Shown here: piece by piece, positions 24,074-35,012 of the stretch | Layout: the number at the start of each line of letters is the position of its first letter | How positions within the stretch are numbered: position 1 is the stretch's first letter | DNA from: Candidatus Doudnabacteria bacterium | GTDB taxonomy: Bacteria; Patescibacteriota; Doudnabacteria; UBA920 | Length of the DNA: 64,000 nucleotides | Direction of reading: 5' to 3' | NCBI GenBank assembly: GCA_963837465.1 | Contig: CAWINB010000001.1 | Location: forward strand, 220,981 to 284,980 | Notes under the pieces: generated by a model | The model's database searches: none | The model's input: only the letters and a program-made list of their open reading frames with translations | Told to the model about the DNA's origin: nothing | Translations under genes and position numbers: made by a program

Positions 24074-24358
24074 TTAATAAAACCTCCTTGTCCTTGCTGT
24101 AATTCCATCTGGAATTTCGCAGCTGGTTTGGCCTGACCTTAACAGTTTCAGGCAGTATTTTTTGATAGTCTTTGGATTTGCAGTGACTTCATACCTCAAC
24201 CATCGGCTCATACAGATTTCAATTTCGTGGTTTAGTGGTAGTATGCACTTTAACACATGGGTGACATTAAAACCTGCTTCCGAATAAGTGACAACAAAAT
24301 CACGGCATCCAGTTTTTTGCAAAACATAAGTCAATCGGTCTGGCGGAAAGCTGAACAT
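24074..24358 (-). CDS. Hypothetical protein on the GC-rich islet.
   Basis: 94-aa ORF. Confidence 0.35.
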   Translation of the reverse strand: MFSFPPDRLTYVLQKTGCRDFVVTYSEAGFNVTHVLKCILPLNHEIEICMSRWLRYEVTANPKTIKKYCLKLLRSGQTSCEIPDGITARTRRFY

Positions 24359-24368
24359 GGTTTATAAT

Positions 24369-25133
24369 CTATTCCTCCTCTCCGTTAATTAAATCCCTTA
24401 GGATGTAGAAGTTCAGCCACTCTGGGATTGTTCCGTGACCTTTCGCAAGCTCGCGCCAGTCAGTAGCACCGTGGATTTGTCCGAGTTGTGAAAGCAAAGC
24501 CGCGAGCTCTTGTTCTGGCATAGCAAGACAGTCGATCAGCAGTAAATCAATCCTTGTCATCAAAGCCCCAAATTTAGCCTTCAATACTGGTATTGCCTCA
24601 AACGGCTTGCACTCGGCAATTTTTACCCCAGCAGCTAAACTGACTAGCTTAAGGATGAGCGAGGTGCAATTCTCCTGACCAGGAAGAATTTGTTTACCGT
24701 ATTTGTTGGCCCAATGACGGGCTTGAAAAACGGGCATTGCAATGGTCCCTTGCCGCAAAGCCGAGTAAAACTGGGCCACATAAGCAATTTGATATTCGGA
24801 TAAGTCCAGAGTGCATTCGGACTGAACCCAGTGCCAATCGCAATTAACAGCGAGCAACCCCGGGACGCCAAATGCCAACGCCATTTCGCCTTGAGGCGTA
24901 AGGTTGCCAGAGCCATCGTGAAAATTTGGATTGCGCTTAACGCCTCCGGTGAAGCGGTAAAGTGCTCCGTTTACTTCCAACCCCAATCCACCGCCAGCGG
25001 TGTAGCCGTGTCTTCCCTGATCGCCACAGAATACCCGCAGATATGGAGTGGTTTGTTTTTTGCGTTCTTCGTACGCCAGACGGCGCACCACACCATAAGG
25101 CACAGAGGGTCTTGCTTCGTCACCATTGAACAT
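24369..25133 (-). CDS. Hypothetical protein. Its GC content and codon usage are atypical for the window (roughly 52% GC).
   Basis: 254-aa ORF with no confidently recognised motif. Its codons are enriched in GCC/CGC/CTG compared with neighbouring genes. Confidence 0.5.
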   Translation of the reverse strand: MFNGDEARPSVPYGVVRRLAYEERKKQTTPYLRVFCGDQGRHGYTAGGGLGLEVNGALYRFTGGVKRNPNFHDGSGNLTPQGEMALAFGVPGLLAVNCDWHWVQSECTLDLSEYQIAYVAQFYSALRQGTIAMPVFQARHWANKYGKQILPGQENCTSLILKLVSLAAGVKIAECKPFEAIPVLKAKFGALMTRIDLLLIDCLAMPEQELAALLSQLGQIHGATDWRELAKGHGTIPEWLNFYILRDLINGEEE

Positions 25134-25305
25134 TTTTTACTCCGTATGTCCTATGTAGAGGACAGTCTGTTTTATCACAATTGTGATATATTGCCAGTTC
25201 GTCTTCCAAGGCTTTATTCAACTTAGTCAAGGAAATGACTTTGTTGATAAGGACTGAGATGACGGTTCCGAAAATTGAACTTACAACGATTTGGATCAGA
25301 GTCAA
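25120..25305 (-). CDS. Hypothetical small hydrophobic protein.
   Basis: 61 aa with N-terminal TM segment IVVSSIFGTVISVLI. It overlaps the start of the 254-aa gene by 14 nt. Confidence 0.25.
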   Translation of the reverse strand: MTLIQIVVSSIFGTVISVLINKVISLTKLNKALEDELAIYHNCDKTDCPLHRTYGVKNVQW

Positions 25306-25682
25306 TTTTTTCCTCTTTCTTTGTAAACGAGTATCCAGCGCATGCTTTTCGCTTACGATGTCAAAGTGCTTTTACGCTGGCTAAAAAAGACTTAAATCAG
25401 CTTTAGCCAAAACAAAAACACCTTCCGCAAAGCCGGGAGGTGTTTGAAAATTTGAGGAGATGGCCGATGTTATCGGCGCGCTACATTATCAAACCCGGAC
25501 TTCGCGAAAGCAGAGTCCAGTTCCAGATATTTTGTGCTTTAATGCTAAAGATTGTATTCATAAAACTATTTTAATCCAAATACTCCGTTTTGTCAAGTTC
25601 CGTTTGCGCTAGCGTACTAGTACGCTAAAACATGCGAAATTTTGCGGGATTGTCGAGGAATGAATATTTTTTAAACAGCTTC

Positions 25683-27299
25683 TTAGCGCTTTTTTGGCAC
25701 CTCGTCTATGGCATCCAGAAGATTGATGCCGGTCATTTCCGGTGGTTTGGGCAAGCCAAACAGTTCCAAAATTGTAGGGGCGATATCGCTTATGACGCCG
25801 GCCGGCACCTGGGCCGACAGGGAGTTAAAATCGGCATCCAGCGGCTTTGGAAATTTAAATTCATTGGCGGCCAGCAAAAGGGGCACCGGGTTGGTGGTGT
25901 GGTCTTTGTCTATGTCGCCGGTCCTGGGATTTATCATCTGCTCGCAGTTGCCGTGGTCGGCGGTTACAATAAGCACCGCGTCCGCGGCCAGAATAACGTC
26001 CAAAATCCTTTGCAGACACCTGTCTACGCTTTCGACCGCCGAGATGGCGGCGTTCAAGTTGCCGGTATGGCCGACCATGTCGCAGTTGGCAAAGTTAGCC
26101 ACAAAAAAATTCGTTGCCGAGCCGGAAATTTTTTCCGTTAAAAAGTCCGCCAATTTTACCGAGGACATTTCGGGATGGTCGGCATAATTGCTGCTGTTTT
26201 CCGGGCTGGCCACAATCAGCCTTTCTTCGCCCGAAAATTTTTCCGTAATTCCACAGTTAAAAAACGCGGTAACATGGGCGTACTTTTCGCTTTCGGCAAT
26301 GTGAAACTGGGTCAAACCTGCCGAAGACAGTACCTGGGCCAGGCTATTTTTAAGGGTTGCCTGGGCAAAAGCCACCTTAGACGGCAGCTCGGGAGCGTAT
26401 TGGGTCATGGTGGCAAAATAAAGATTCTGCAAAGGCTCCCTCCGGAATTCCGGCGGAACCAGCTCAGGCCGCAAAAAAGCCTGGGACAGCTGCAGCGCGC
26501 GGTCGGAGCGAAAGTTAAAAAATATAACCGCGTCGTTATCCTGAATTTTTCCGGTGGGCAAACCGTACTCATTTAATATAACGGTCGGTTTAATCATCTC
26601 ATCAAAAATCTGGGCTTTGTAACTATCGGCCACGCACTGTTCCGGCGAGCCGGCTGCTTGGCCGACACCATCGACCATTGCCCGGTAAGTCGCCATAGTC
26701 TGAGCCCAGTGGCCGCCGCGGTCCATGCCGTAAAATCTTCCGGTTATAGTGGCTATTTTCCCAATGCCTATTGTGGCCATTCTTTCCCTAAGCTTAGCCA
26801 AGGACTCCAAGGCTATTTTTGGCTCGGTATCGCGGCCATCGGTAAACATGTGGATAAAAATTTTTTTTTGCCCGCGCTCGGAGGCCATGGACAATAGGGC
26901 GTAAAGATGTTCGTCAAGGCTGTGCACGCCGCCGGGGCTGACCATGCCTATAAGATGCAGCGAGGAATTATTTTTTTTGCAGTGGTCAAGGCTAGCCAGG
27001 AAAACGGGATTTTTAAAAAACTCGCCGCTCTGGATGGCGCCGCTAATCCTGGGTAAATCCTGGCCCACAATCCTTCCCGCGCCTATGTTTAAGTGGCCGA
27101 CTTCGCTGTTGCCCATTTCCCCCCACGGCAGTCCCACCAGCGGACCCGACGCCTGCAAAGTCAGGCTGGGAAAATTGCCGACAATAAAATTCAGGGCCGG
27201 GGTGCTGGCCCGGCTAATGGCATTACCCCGGCCGGCCGGAGCTACTCCAAAACCGTCCAGAATAACAAGTACGACTTTTTTATAAATCTTATGTTTCAT
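25683..27299 (-). CDS. gpmI: 2,3-bisphosphoglycerate-independent phosphoglycerate mutase.
   Basis: VVLVILDGFGV..., ...TDGRDT... and the metal-binding motifs of the iPGM family. Confidence 0.9.
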   Translation of the reverse strand: MKHKIYKKVVLVILDGFGVAPAGRGNAISRASTPALNFIVGNFPSLTLQASGPLVGLPWGEMGNSEVGHLNIGAGRIVGQDLPRISGAIQSGEFFKNPVFLASLDHCKKNNSSLHLIGMVSPGGVHSLDEHLYALLSMASERGQKKIFIHMFTDGRDTEPKIALESLAKLRERMATIGIGKIATITGRFYGMDRGGHWAQTMATYRAMVDGVGQAAGSPEQCVADSYKAQIFDEMIKPTVILNEYGLPTGKIQDNDAVIFFNFRSDRALQLSQAFLRPELVPPEFRREPLQNLYFATMTQYAPELPSKVAFAQATLKNSLAQVLSSAGLTQFHIAESEKYAHVTAFFNCGITEKFSGEERLIVASPENSSNYADHPEMSSVKLADFLTEKISGSATNFFVANFANCDMVGHTGNLNAAISAVESVDRCLQRILDVILAADAVLIVTADHGNCEQMINPRTGDIDKDHTTNPVPLLLAANEFKFPKPLDADFNSLSAQVPAGVISDIAPTILELFGLPKPPEMTGINLLDAIDEVPKKR

Positions 27300-28575
27300 T
27301 GTTTAACTGTTCTTCAATCTCCATCAGCCGATTATATTTGCAGACCCTCTCGCCTCTGGTCGGCCCGACTTTAATCCAGTCGCTGCCCACCGCCACGGCC
27401 AAGTCAACCAAAAAAGTATCGTTGGTTTCTCCGCCGCCGCGGTGGGAGGGAATGGTGGAAAAACTATTGACGGAAGCCAGGCGGCAGCAATCCATGGTTT
27501 CCGTAACCGTGCCCGCCTGGTTGAGCTTGATTAAAATCGCGTTGGCGACTTTTTGGTTTATGGCCTGCTGAAGCAGCTCCACGTTGCTGACAGTCAAGTC
27601 ATCGGCCACAATTTTTACCGTACCGGCATTGGCTAAAAGCTGGGGCCAAAACGCCCAGTCAAATTCCGACAGGCCGTCCTCCAGCCCGACAATGGGATAT
27701 TTTTTAAACCACCCCGCGTACTTGCTGATTAATTCAACCGAAGTCAAAGATTTATTTTCAATGGCCAAATTATAAAGGCCGTCTTTATAAAACTCGGAAG
27801 AAGCGGGGTCCAGATAAATTCCGGCGTCCTCACCCGGCTTATATCCGGCTTTAATAATAGCTTCGGCAATAAGTCCGAGCGGCAGTTCGTTATCCGTAAG
27901 TCCCGAAGGAGCAAAGGCGCCCTCATTTCCCACATTGGTTGATAATTTTTTTTCCTTTAACAGTTTTTTTAAGGCCTGGTAAACTTCTTCCATCATCCTG
28001 ACGTTTTCACGCGCCGATTGCTGTTTGGTCACGGCTAAAATATATTCCTGAAAATCCGTAGAATTGTCCGCGTGCTTGCCGCCTTCAATCAAAACCGCCA
28101 AGGGCTTGGGCAAACTGCCGCCCGGGGTTTGAAACCCAAAGGCTTTGGCCAAATATTGATAAAGTTCCAGGCTTTGGGACCGTGCCGCCGCTCTGGCCAC
28201 GGCCATAGAGACGCCTAAAATGGCGTTGGCGCCAAAATTGGACTTGCTTGCCGAGCCGTCCGCCTCAATCATAATATTGTCAATGCCGCGCTGATCTCCC
28301 GCGTCACGGCCTATGAGCAGCGGCGCGATTTTTTCATTAACATTGGCCACAGCGCGGAGCATGCCCCTGCCGTTATACCTGGCATTATCGTCGTCCAAAA
28401 GCACCACGGCTTCCTTACTGCCGGCCGAAAGCCCGTAGGACACCAATGCCACGCCCGCTATTCCCGATTCCAGCTCCACCCGAACCTCCACAGTCGGATC
28501 CCCGGCGCTGGCCAAAATTTCCCTCGCCCGAATTTTTGTGATTTTCCCGCTCCCGCCTGATATTTCTGTATTCAT
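27289..28575 (-). CDS. eno: Enolase.
   Basis: ...SHRGGETNDTFLVDLAVAVG..., ...IKLNQAGTVTET.... Confidence 0.9.
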   Translation of the reverse strand: MNTEISGGSGKITKIRAREILASAGDPTVEVRVELESGIAGVALVSYGLSAGSKEAVVLLDDDNARYNGRGMLRAVANVNEKIAPLLIGRDAGDQRGIDNIMIEADGSASKSNFGANAILGVSMAVARAAARSQSLELYQYLAKAFGFQTPGGSLPKPLAVLIEGGKHADNSTDFQEYILAVTKQQSARENVRMMEEVYQALKKLLKEKKLSTNVGNEGAFAPSGLTDNELPLGLIAEAIIKAGYKPGEDAGIYLDPASSEFYKDGLYNLAIENKSLTSVELISKYAGWFKKYPIVGLEDGLSEFDWAFWPQLLANAGTVKIVADDLTVSNVELLQQAINQKVANAILIKLNQAGTVTETMDCCRLASVNSFSTIPSHRGGGETNDTFLVDLAVAVGSDWIKVGPTRGERVCKYNRLMEIEEQLNNET

Positions 28576-28667
28576 ATTGATGATTTAAATATAAATGTTA
28601 ATCCCATTATAGCATAAAATTAAAAAAACGAGCCGGACTAAGCCCGAAGTATTTTTTGATTAGATTC

Positions 28668-30137
28668 TTAATCCAAATGTTCAATCACTCCGATATTCAG
28701 CAAATGTTTTGGGTCAAGCCTATCTTTAATTTTCTGCCATTTATTAATAATTTCTCTTCTGTAATGTTTTTCTACCTGCTTTTTAGTCAGATTATGTAAA
28801 CCGTACAAATACTTTTTACCTCCAATTTCGTATACTAAATTAGAAAGTTCGTTAGATAACTTAATACCATCCCCGACTTTCCCTTGCGGTACATTTGGTT
28901 GAACAGCGACACCGAAAGAAAAATTTTGCTCCTGAGGCAAATCCAAGCTCAAAGGAAACTCCGCGCCATCCACTCTGGCAATTTTCTTTATAGGATAGGC
29001 TCCTAAAACAGGCAGATCTATGCGATTATGCCATACAGCTTGTTTAATCAAATAGTCCTGCATTTTGTATTTAAAAATCAATTTTTTTGCTTGTTCAATG
29101 AAATATGAATACGAAGCACTGTCAACAATGAAATCGGTCCAGGGATGATGCAGCTCCAATTGATTTTCGGCGCCAGGAGTAGGATACCAATAAACAATTT
29201 TTGATTTCGGAATTTTTTGAGCCTTAAGACTTGTATCTAAACTGGCGTTTTTATGGGGCTTGGCTCCAAAGGCTGTAAAATCGGCCCTGTACTTTTTTTT
29301 TATTTCCTCTACCAAAGGTTCAATTTTAACCTTGGCATCCACATCCAGTATTCCTACGACATATCTGGCCGTCAGATGAAAATTATGGGGTAAGGAAATT
29401 AAATTTTCAACTCCCCCGACAATACTAAAAGCCGGGTCTTTAATCATACTATAAAAATTAGACTGAAAAGTTGTTTGATTATGGTAAACAAAAGCAAACA
29501 TCAAGCAATCCGGCTTGCTTTTTAGCACTTGAAGAGTAACCTCGGCAATTACGCCAATGCGTCCAAAGCCACATAGCGCATAATAAAAATAGTCCTGATT
29601 ACGTTCCGGTGAACACTCAAGTATTAACCCTTCCATTGTTACGAGTTTTATTCTTAATACCGTGTTCCATAAGCCGCCAGATACTGATGAAGTCGGGCCG
29701 ACCCCCCCTGCGGAAACCGAACCTCCTACTCTGATTTTTTGTCCGGGGTTATTGGTAAATACAGGAAATGAATACCGCGGAAATTTTATAGCTGTAAACA
29801 TATCATGCCACATAGTTCCGCAGCCCGCGGTAACTGTTAAACAATTTTCATTAAAATGCGCGTGCTGTATGCCGCTTACATCAATTTGAATTCCGTCAGT
29901 AAGTGTTTGTCCATTTACCGAGTGGCCGGTATTACGAATCTTGACCGGCTTTCCTAATTTATTGTAATAGGCAAGCGTAGTCGCAAGCTCTTGGATTGTT
30001 TTTGGGCGTTCTGTAATTTCCGGCAAATTAAAATAAATCCGGCCAAAATCTGTTTGGTCGAATTCGTGGGCGGAAAAAACTCCGCTGATTGTAAAATTTT
30101 TATGTAAAAACTTTTTTATTTTATGACTTAAGGCCAT
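28668..30137 (-). CDS. FAD-binding oxidoreductase (PCMH / FAD_binding_4-type).
   Basis: ...KIRNTGHSVNGQTLTDGIQIDVSG... resembles the FAD-binding PCMH domain. Confidence 0.55.
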   Translation of the reverse strand: MALSHKIKKFLHKNFTISGVFSAHEFDQTDFGRIYFNLPEITERPKTIQELATTLAYYNKLGKPVKIRNTGHSVNGQTLTDGIQIDVSGIQHAHFNENCLTVTAGCGTMWHDMFTAIKFPRYSFPVFTNNPGQKIRVGGSVSAGGVGPTSSVSGGLWNTVLRIKLVTMEGLILECSPERNQDYFYYALCGFGRIGVIAEVTLQVLKSKPDCLMFAFVYHNQTTFQSNFYSMIKDPAFSIVGGVENLISLPHNFHLTARYVVGILDVDAKVKIEPLVEEIKKKYRADFTAFGAKPHKNASLDTSLKAQKIPKSKIVYWYPTPGAENQLELHHPWTDFIVDSASYSYFIEQAKKLIFKYKMQDYLIKQAVWHNRIDLPVLGAYPIKKIARVDGAEFPLSLDLPQEQNFSFGVAVQPNVPQGKVGDGIKLSNELSNLVYEIGGKKYLYGLHNLTKKQVEKHYRREIINKWQKIKDRLDPKHLLNIGVIEHLD

Positions 30138-30139
30138 AT

Positions 30140-31369
30140 TTATTTCAACGCCTCAATCCCGGGCAATTTTTTCCCCGCGAGGTATTCCAGCATGGCGCCG
30201 CCGCCGGTGGAGACGTGGTCTATGTGGTCAAACTGGCCGGCTTGCCTGATGGCGTCCACGGTGTCGCCGCCTCCGGCCACCACAAAGGCTTTGCCTTTGC
30301 CGCGGCCGCCTATCAGCCGCGCCAGGGACATAGTGCCGGTGTCAAAAGGTTTTTTTTCAAACAAGCCCAAAGGCCCGCTCCAGACAATGGTCTTGGCCAG
30401 CTTTAATTGTTTGGAAAATTCGAGGATGGTTTTTGGACCAATATCCAAAACCATTTCTTTTTTGCCGATTTCGTAAGGCGAACAAACGCGGATGGAACCC
30501 CTTTCCATTTTTTCGTTAACCACCACCGCATCCAGCGGCAAAACCAGTTTATCCTTAAAGTTTTTTTCCACCTGCCAGGCGGTTTTTGTTTCCGCTTCCT
30601 CAATTTTAGAAAGTCCGACTTCAAAACCCTTGGCTTTAAACATTAAGTTGGCCACTCCCCCGCCCACCAAAATTACATCCGCCTTTTTGCCCAAATTTTC
30701 CAAAGCCCCGACTTTTTCCGAAAGCTTGATACCGCCGGTCATAACCACAAAAGGATGTTTAACTGATTTTAAAATCGCGTCAAGAGATTTAATTTCACCT
30801 TCCAGCAGCAAACCAGCATAAGAAGGCAGGTGTTTAGCTACTGAGACATTTGAGGCCACCGGATGATGACATTTTGAAAAATCATCATCGACATAAACAT
30901 CGGCCAAAGCGGCTAGTTTTTTGCCGAAGGAAACATCGTCTTCAAGTTCACCCGCGTGGAATTCCAGATTTTCCAAAAAAATGACATTATGGGCAGCCGT
31001 TACCTTAAGATTTTTTTGATGTTTATCTTCACAAAAATCGCCGGTGTAAAATACCAAATGCGGAATCCCGTATTCCGGAATTTTAAAATCAGTTTCAATA
31101 AATTTTAAACCCAGTAAATTCGCCAAAACCTCCGCCGCCGGCTTTAAGCTAAGCTCTTTTACTGCCTTACCTTTAGCCCTGCCTCTCTTGCCGCAAATAA
31201 TTACTTTATTGCCCTGGGAAAGTAAAAGCTTAATCGTCGGCATAGCTGAACGAAGTCTAAAATCGTCACTGACTTTATTGGTCTTGTCGTTCACCGGCGC
31301 GTCAACGCTGCTACGCACCAGCACGGTTTTATTTTTTACTGAGGATGATTTTAAATATTTTATAGTCAT
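30140..31369 (-). CDS. pgk: Phosphoglycerate kinase.
   Basis: ...VVAGGGDTVDAIRQAG...HVSTGGGAMLEYLAGKKLPGIEAL. Confidence 0.9.
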   Translation of the reverse strand: MTIKYLKSSSVKNKTVLVRSSVDAPVNDKTNKVSDDFRLRSAMPTIKLLLSQGNKVIICGKRGRAKGKAVKELSLKPAAEVLANLLGLKFIETDFKIPEYGIPHLVFYTGDFCEDKHQKNLKVTAAHNVIFLENLEFHAGELEDDVSFGKKLAALADVYVDDDFSKCHHPVASNVSVAKHLPSYAGLLLEGEIKSLDAILKSVKHPFVVMTGGIKLSEKVGALENLGKKADVILVGGGVANLMFKAKGFEVGLSKIEEAETKTAWQVEKNFKDKLVLPLDAVVVNEKMERGSIRVCSPYEIGKKEMVLDIGPKTILEFSKQLKLAKTIVWSGPLGLFEKKPFDTGTMSLARLIGGRGKGKAFVVAGGGDTVDAIRQAGQFDHIDHVSTGGGAMLEYLAGKKLPGIEALK

Positions 31370-31374
31370 AAATT

Positions 31375-31608
31375 TTACTTTTGTTTTAAAAAAGCTTCCG
31401 GGGAAATTTCAAGGTCTTGCAGGATTGCTTTTAAAGTTTTACGTTTTAAACTTTTTGCGCCGTGGTTTGGTATTGTGGTAAAGCGATTATCCCTGTCCCT
31501 CTTCCAGACTTGGTGACTACCTTTACCCTGTCTTAACAAATAAAAGCCAAGGCTCCGTGCAACCTTGGCTACCTGGCGGTAATTCGCGTTTGGAAACTTA
31601 GTTCCCAT
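31375..31608 (-). CDS. hicA: HicA-family mRNA interferase toxin.
   Basis: ...LLRQGKGSHQVWKRDRDNRFTTIPNHGAKSLKRKTLKAILQDLEI. Confidence 0.7.
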   Translation of the reverse strand: MGTKFPNANYRQVAKVARSLGFYLLRQGKGSHQVWKRDRDNRFTTIPNHGAKSLKRKTLKAILQDLEISPEAFLKQK

Positions 31609-31624
31609 AAATTTTAGAGCCTGT

Positions 31625-31885
31625 TTAAGCTTCCACCGGAACAGAAAGTTCTATTTTTATTTCAGAAGGATTTTTTAAAATAACCGATGAAAAAGGATGC
31701 TTACTTTTTTTCCGGGCCGCGATATGCATACTAATAACTTCACGGATGTTATCTATGGCCTCGCCATAAGTTTCGCCATCGGCATGACAACCCTGAAGCA
31801 CCGGGCAAGACGCAAAAAACCCACCCTCTTCGCAAGGTTCAATAACTATCGGGTAAATGCTAATTCGTACGGATTGTTTAATCAT
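31625..31885 (-). CDS. hicB: HicB-family antitoxin (UPF0150 fold).
   Basis: ...YPIVIEPCEEGGFFASCPVLQGCHADGETYGEAIDNIREVISMHI. Confidence 0.7.
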   Translation of the reverse strand: MIKQSVRISIYPIVIEPCEEGGFFASCPVLQGCHADGETYGEAIDNIREVISMHIAARKKSKHPFSSVILKNPSEIKIELSVPVEA

Positions 31886-31974
31886 ATTTAAACTTTACCC
31901 CAAGATACCCTTTATGTCAATTTTTTAGGTTGTAACGATTATGAATTAAGTAGTGTCAAGGGTCACCCTTGACA

Positions 31975-33045
<1,071 letters not shown>

Positions 33046-33052
33046 TTAATTG

Positions 33053-34069
33053 TTAATCGTTTTTATGAGCAACTATTTCCTCTACCTCTTTTGCGGTTTT
33101 TTCATCTTTAATTTCTATCGGCACAAAAGTTTTCATTTTTTTGAGTCGGTCTTCAATTTCTTTTTTGGTTAACAGTCCGGCCTGGGGACCGACCTGCATA
33201 ACCACGCTGCCCGCGTTCATCGGCCCCCAGCGCAAAGCTTCTTTGTGGGGCTGGCCGTGGAACAGCGCGGCAATGTAAGCGGTGGTAAAACCGTCGCCGG
33301 CGCCGGTGGCCTCTATGCGCGGTCCCGGATATTCCGGCAGGTAATAAAAGCCCTGTTCGCTATAACTGTAAGCGCCTTTGCGGCCGTCGGTTAAGGCTAT
33401 GGCCTTGACTCCCAGTTTCATCAGTTGCTTGCAAAGCTCCTCCGGATCGCGCCCGCAATCTCCCACCCAGCTTTGGGCTTCTTCCACATTTAACGACAAT
33501 AAATCCGTCCGCTTTAGCATAAGCTCATTGGCTTTGGGGCCGGCCCTGAGCTGGAAGGTTCCGGGATTAAATCCCAGCCTTGCTTTATAGCGGTCCAGAT
33601 ATTTGGCCAAGTCCTTATAAATTTTTTCAAACCCCAGTCCCATGCTGGTTAAATAAACCCAAGTGGAATGCGCGAAATCAGGCAGCTTGTATTTCCTGTG
33701 TTCATGGTAAACAAAAATTGTCCGTTCGCCGCCGTGGCTTAACACGGTTGAAGCGTTGGTGGGATGCTTGTCGTTTTTTTCTATATACCTTGTGGACACC
33801 CCTTCTTTTTCCATTTTATGGACAATTTCCCGGCCGCCGGTGTCGTGCGCCACCACGCAGTAAAACGCCGTTTTAAGGCCCAGGCGGCTGCTTCCCACGG
33901 CATTGTTGGCCGCGTTCCCGGCCACAGTACGATAAAAAGCCTTCACGGGCAATTTATCGCCCCAATTTATAAGGGCCATTTTTTTGCCGCCAATTTCTTT
34001 TATTTCAACGTCATCAACAATAAGAAAGGTGTCGATGGTTGGATCGCCGATGGAAATTATGTCGAACAT
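33053..34069 (-). CDS. PfkB-family carbohydrate kinase (candidate phosphofructokinase or sugar kinase).
   Basis: ...RIEATGAGDGFTTAYIAAL... (the PfkB signature) with an N-terminal GG-type motif. Confidence 0.7.
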   Translation of the reverse strand: MFDIISIGDPTIDTFLIVDDVEIKEIGGKKMALINWGDKLPVKAFYRTVAGNAANNAVGSSRLGLKTAFYCVVAHDTGGREIVHKMEKEGVSTRYIEKNDKHPTNASTVLSHGGERTIFVYHEHRKYKLPDFAHSTWVYLTSMGLGFEKIYKDLAKYLDRYKARLGFNPGTFQLRAGPKANELMLKRTDLLSLNVEEAQSWVGDCGRDPEELCKQLMKLGVKAIALTDGRKGAYSYSEQGFYYLPEYPGPRIEATGAGDGFTTAYIAALFHGQPHKEALRWGPMNAGSVVMQVGPQAGLLTKKEIEDRLKKMKTFVPIEIKDEKTAKEVEEIVAHKND

Positions 34070-34102
34070 GGGAGAGGGTTTAGGGTATAGGGTTAGGGCT
34101 GT

Positions 34103-34200
34103 GCCATTCCGAGTCCGGAGTGCATAAGGCGGACGAGGAATCCCTTAAATATTACCGATCGTGACAGTTAAGGGATCCTTCACCTTCAGATGCATTCAGG
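34103..34200. repeat. Degenerate intergenic copy of the 'GGGATCCCTT'-core palindromic element.
   Basis: gccattccgagtccggagtgcataaggcggacgaggaatcccttaa...ttaagggatccttcaccttcagatgcattcagg. A 'GGGTTAG'-type heptad stretch (gggtttagggtatagggttaggg) lies just upstream at 34075-34100. Confidence 0.4.
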
Positions 34201-34201
34201 T

Positions 34202-34582
34202 TCAGGACGACACAACACTTGGTTTATTTTTATATTTAAAATATCTGATGATTGACAAAATTATTAAAACTACTACTACCCAAAAAAGTACATTTAACAA
34301 AAAATCGAGGTGAGAGAAAGAAACAAAAGCTTTATAAAATACCCCGAACAGATAATAATTTGGGTCGCTTGTATTATAAAAATCTGCATAATGATAAAAT
34401 GGGAAGCCTATTACCGTGGCATCGCAGTTTAATGAAGCTCCAGAGCACATATTCGAATAATAAAAAGCCCGAGGAGCTGGCACAGTTCTGGTATAACCCT
34501 CAAAAGCAATAGCAATGAGTGCCCCAAGAATTACACTCCACACCACCAAATCCGTTTTTGATTTTAAACTAAAAATTTTCAT
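34202..34582 (-). CDS. Hypothetical membrane protein.
   Basis: 126 aa with two TM segments. Confidence 0.35.
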   Translation of the reverse strand: MKIFSLKSKTDLVVWSVILGALIAIAFEGYTRTVPAPRAFYYSNMCSGASLNCDATVIGFPFYHYADFYNTSDPNYYLFGVFYKAFVSFSHLDFLLNVLFWVVVVLIILSIIRYFKYKNKPSVVSS

Positions 34583-34640
34583 TTGTATTTTGCATCCATC
34601 CCGGAATTTTTAAGGCTGTAAAAATATCCGGGATCCAGAA

Positions 34641-34991
34641 TCATTTAATTATTTCATCATATAAATCTTTCCATTCCGGATTAGACTTTTCAATAAGCTC
34701 CAATTTCCATTTTCTTTGCCATTTTTTAAGCAATTTTTCTTTCTTTAAAGCCTGTTCTTTATCTTCAAATTGTTCAAAGTAAACTAAAATATGAACTTGG
34801 TATTTATTGGTAAAACCTTTTACTATATCATTTTTATGCTCATATACTCTTTTTATTAAATTCCTAGTGTAACCGACATACAAAGTTCCGTTTCTTTTGC
34901 TGGCTAAGATATACACGTAGTGATAAACATCAAATGGCATAGTTACTGGATCCCGGATATTTTTTGTTTGCTTATTTTTATTCTTTAACAA
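34641..34991 (-). CDS. GIY-YIG nuclease superfamily protein.
   Basis: ...YVYILASKRNGTLYVGYTRNLIKRVYEH.... Confidence 0.7.
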   Translation of the reverse strand: MLKNKNKQTKNIRDPVTMPFDVYHYVYILASKRNGTLYVGYTRNLIKRVYEHKNDIVKGFTNKYQVHILVYFEQFEDKEQALKKEKLLKKWQRKWKLELIEKSNPEWKDLYDEIIK

Positions 34992-35012
34992 AAAATTCCG
35001 GGATGGAAGCAG

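Noticed and set aside
25632-26187. Plus-strand ORFs of 169 and 159 aa.
   Set aside because: They are antisense to gpmI, which has an unambiguous iPGM sequence. This is spurious open frame in a GC-richer gene.
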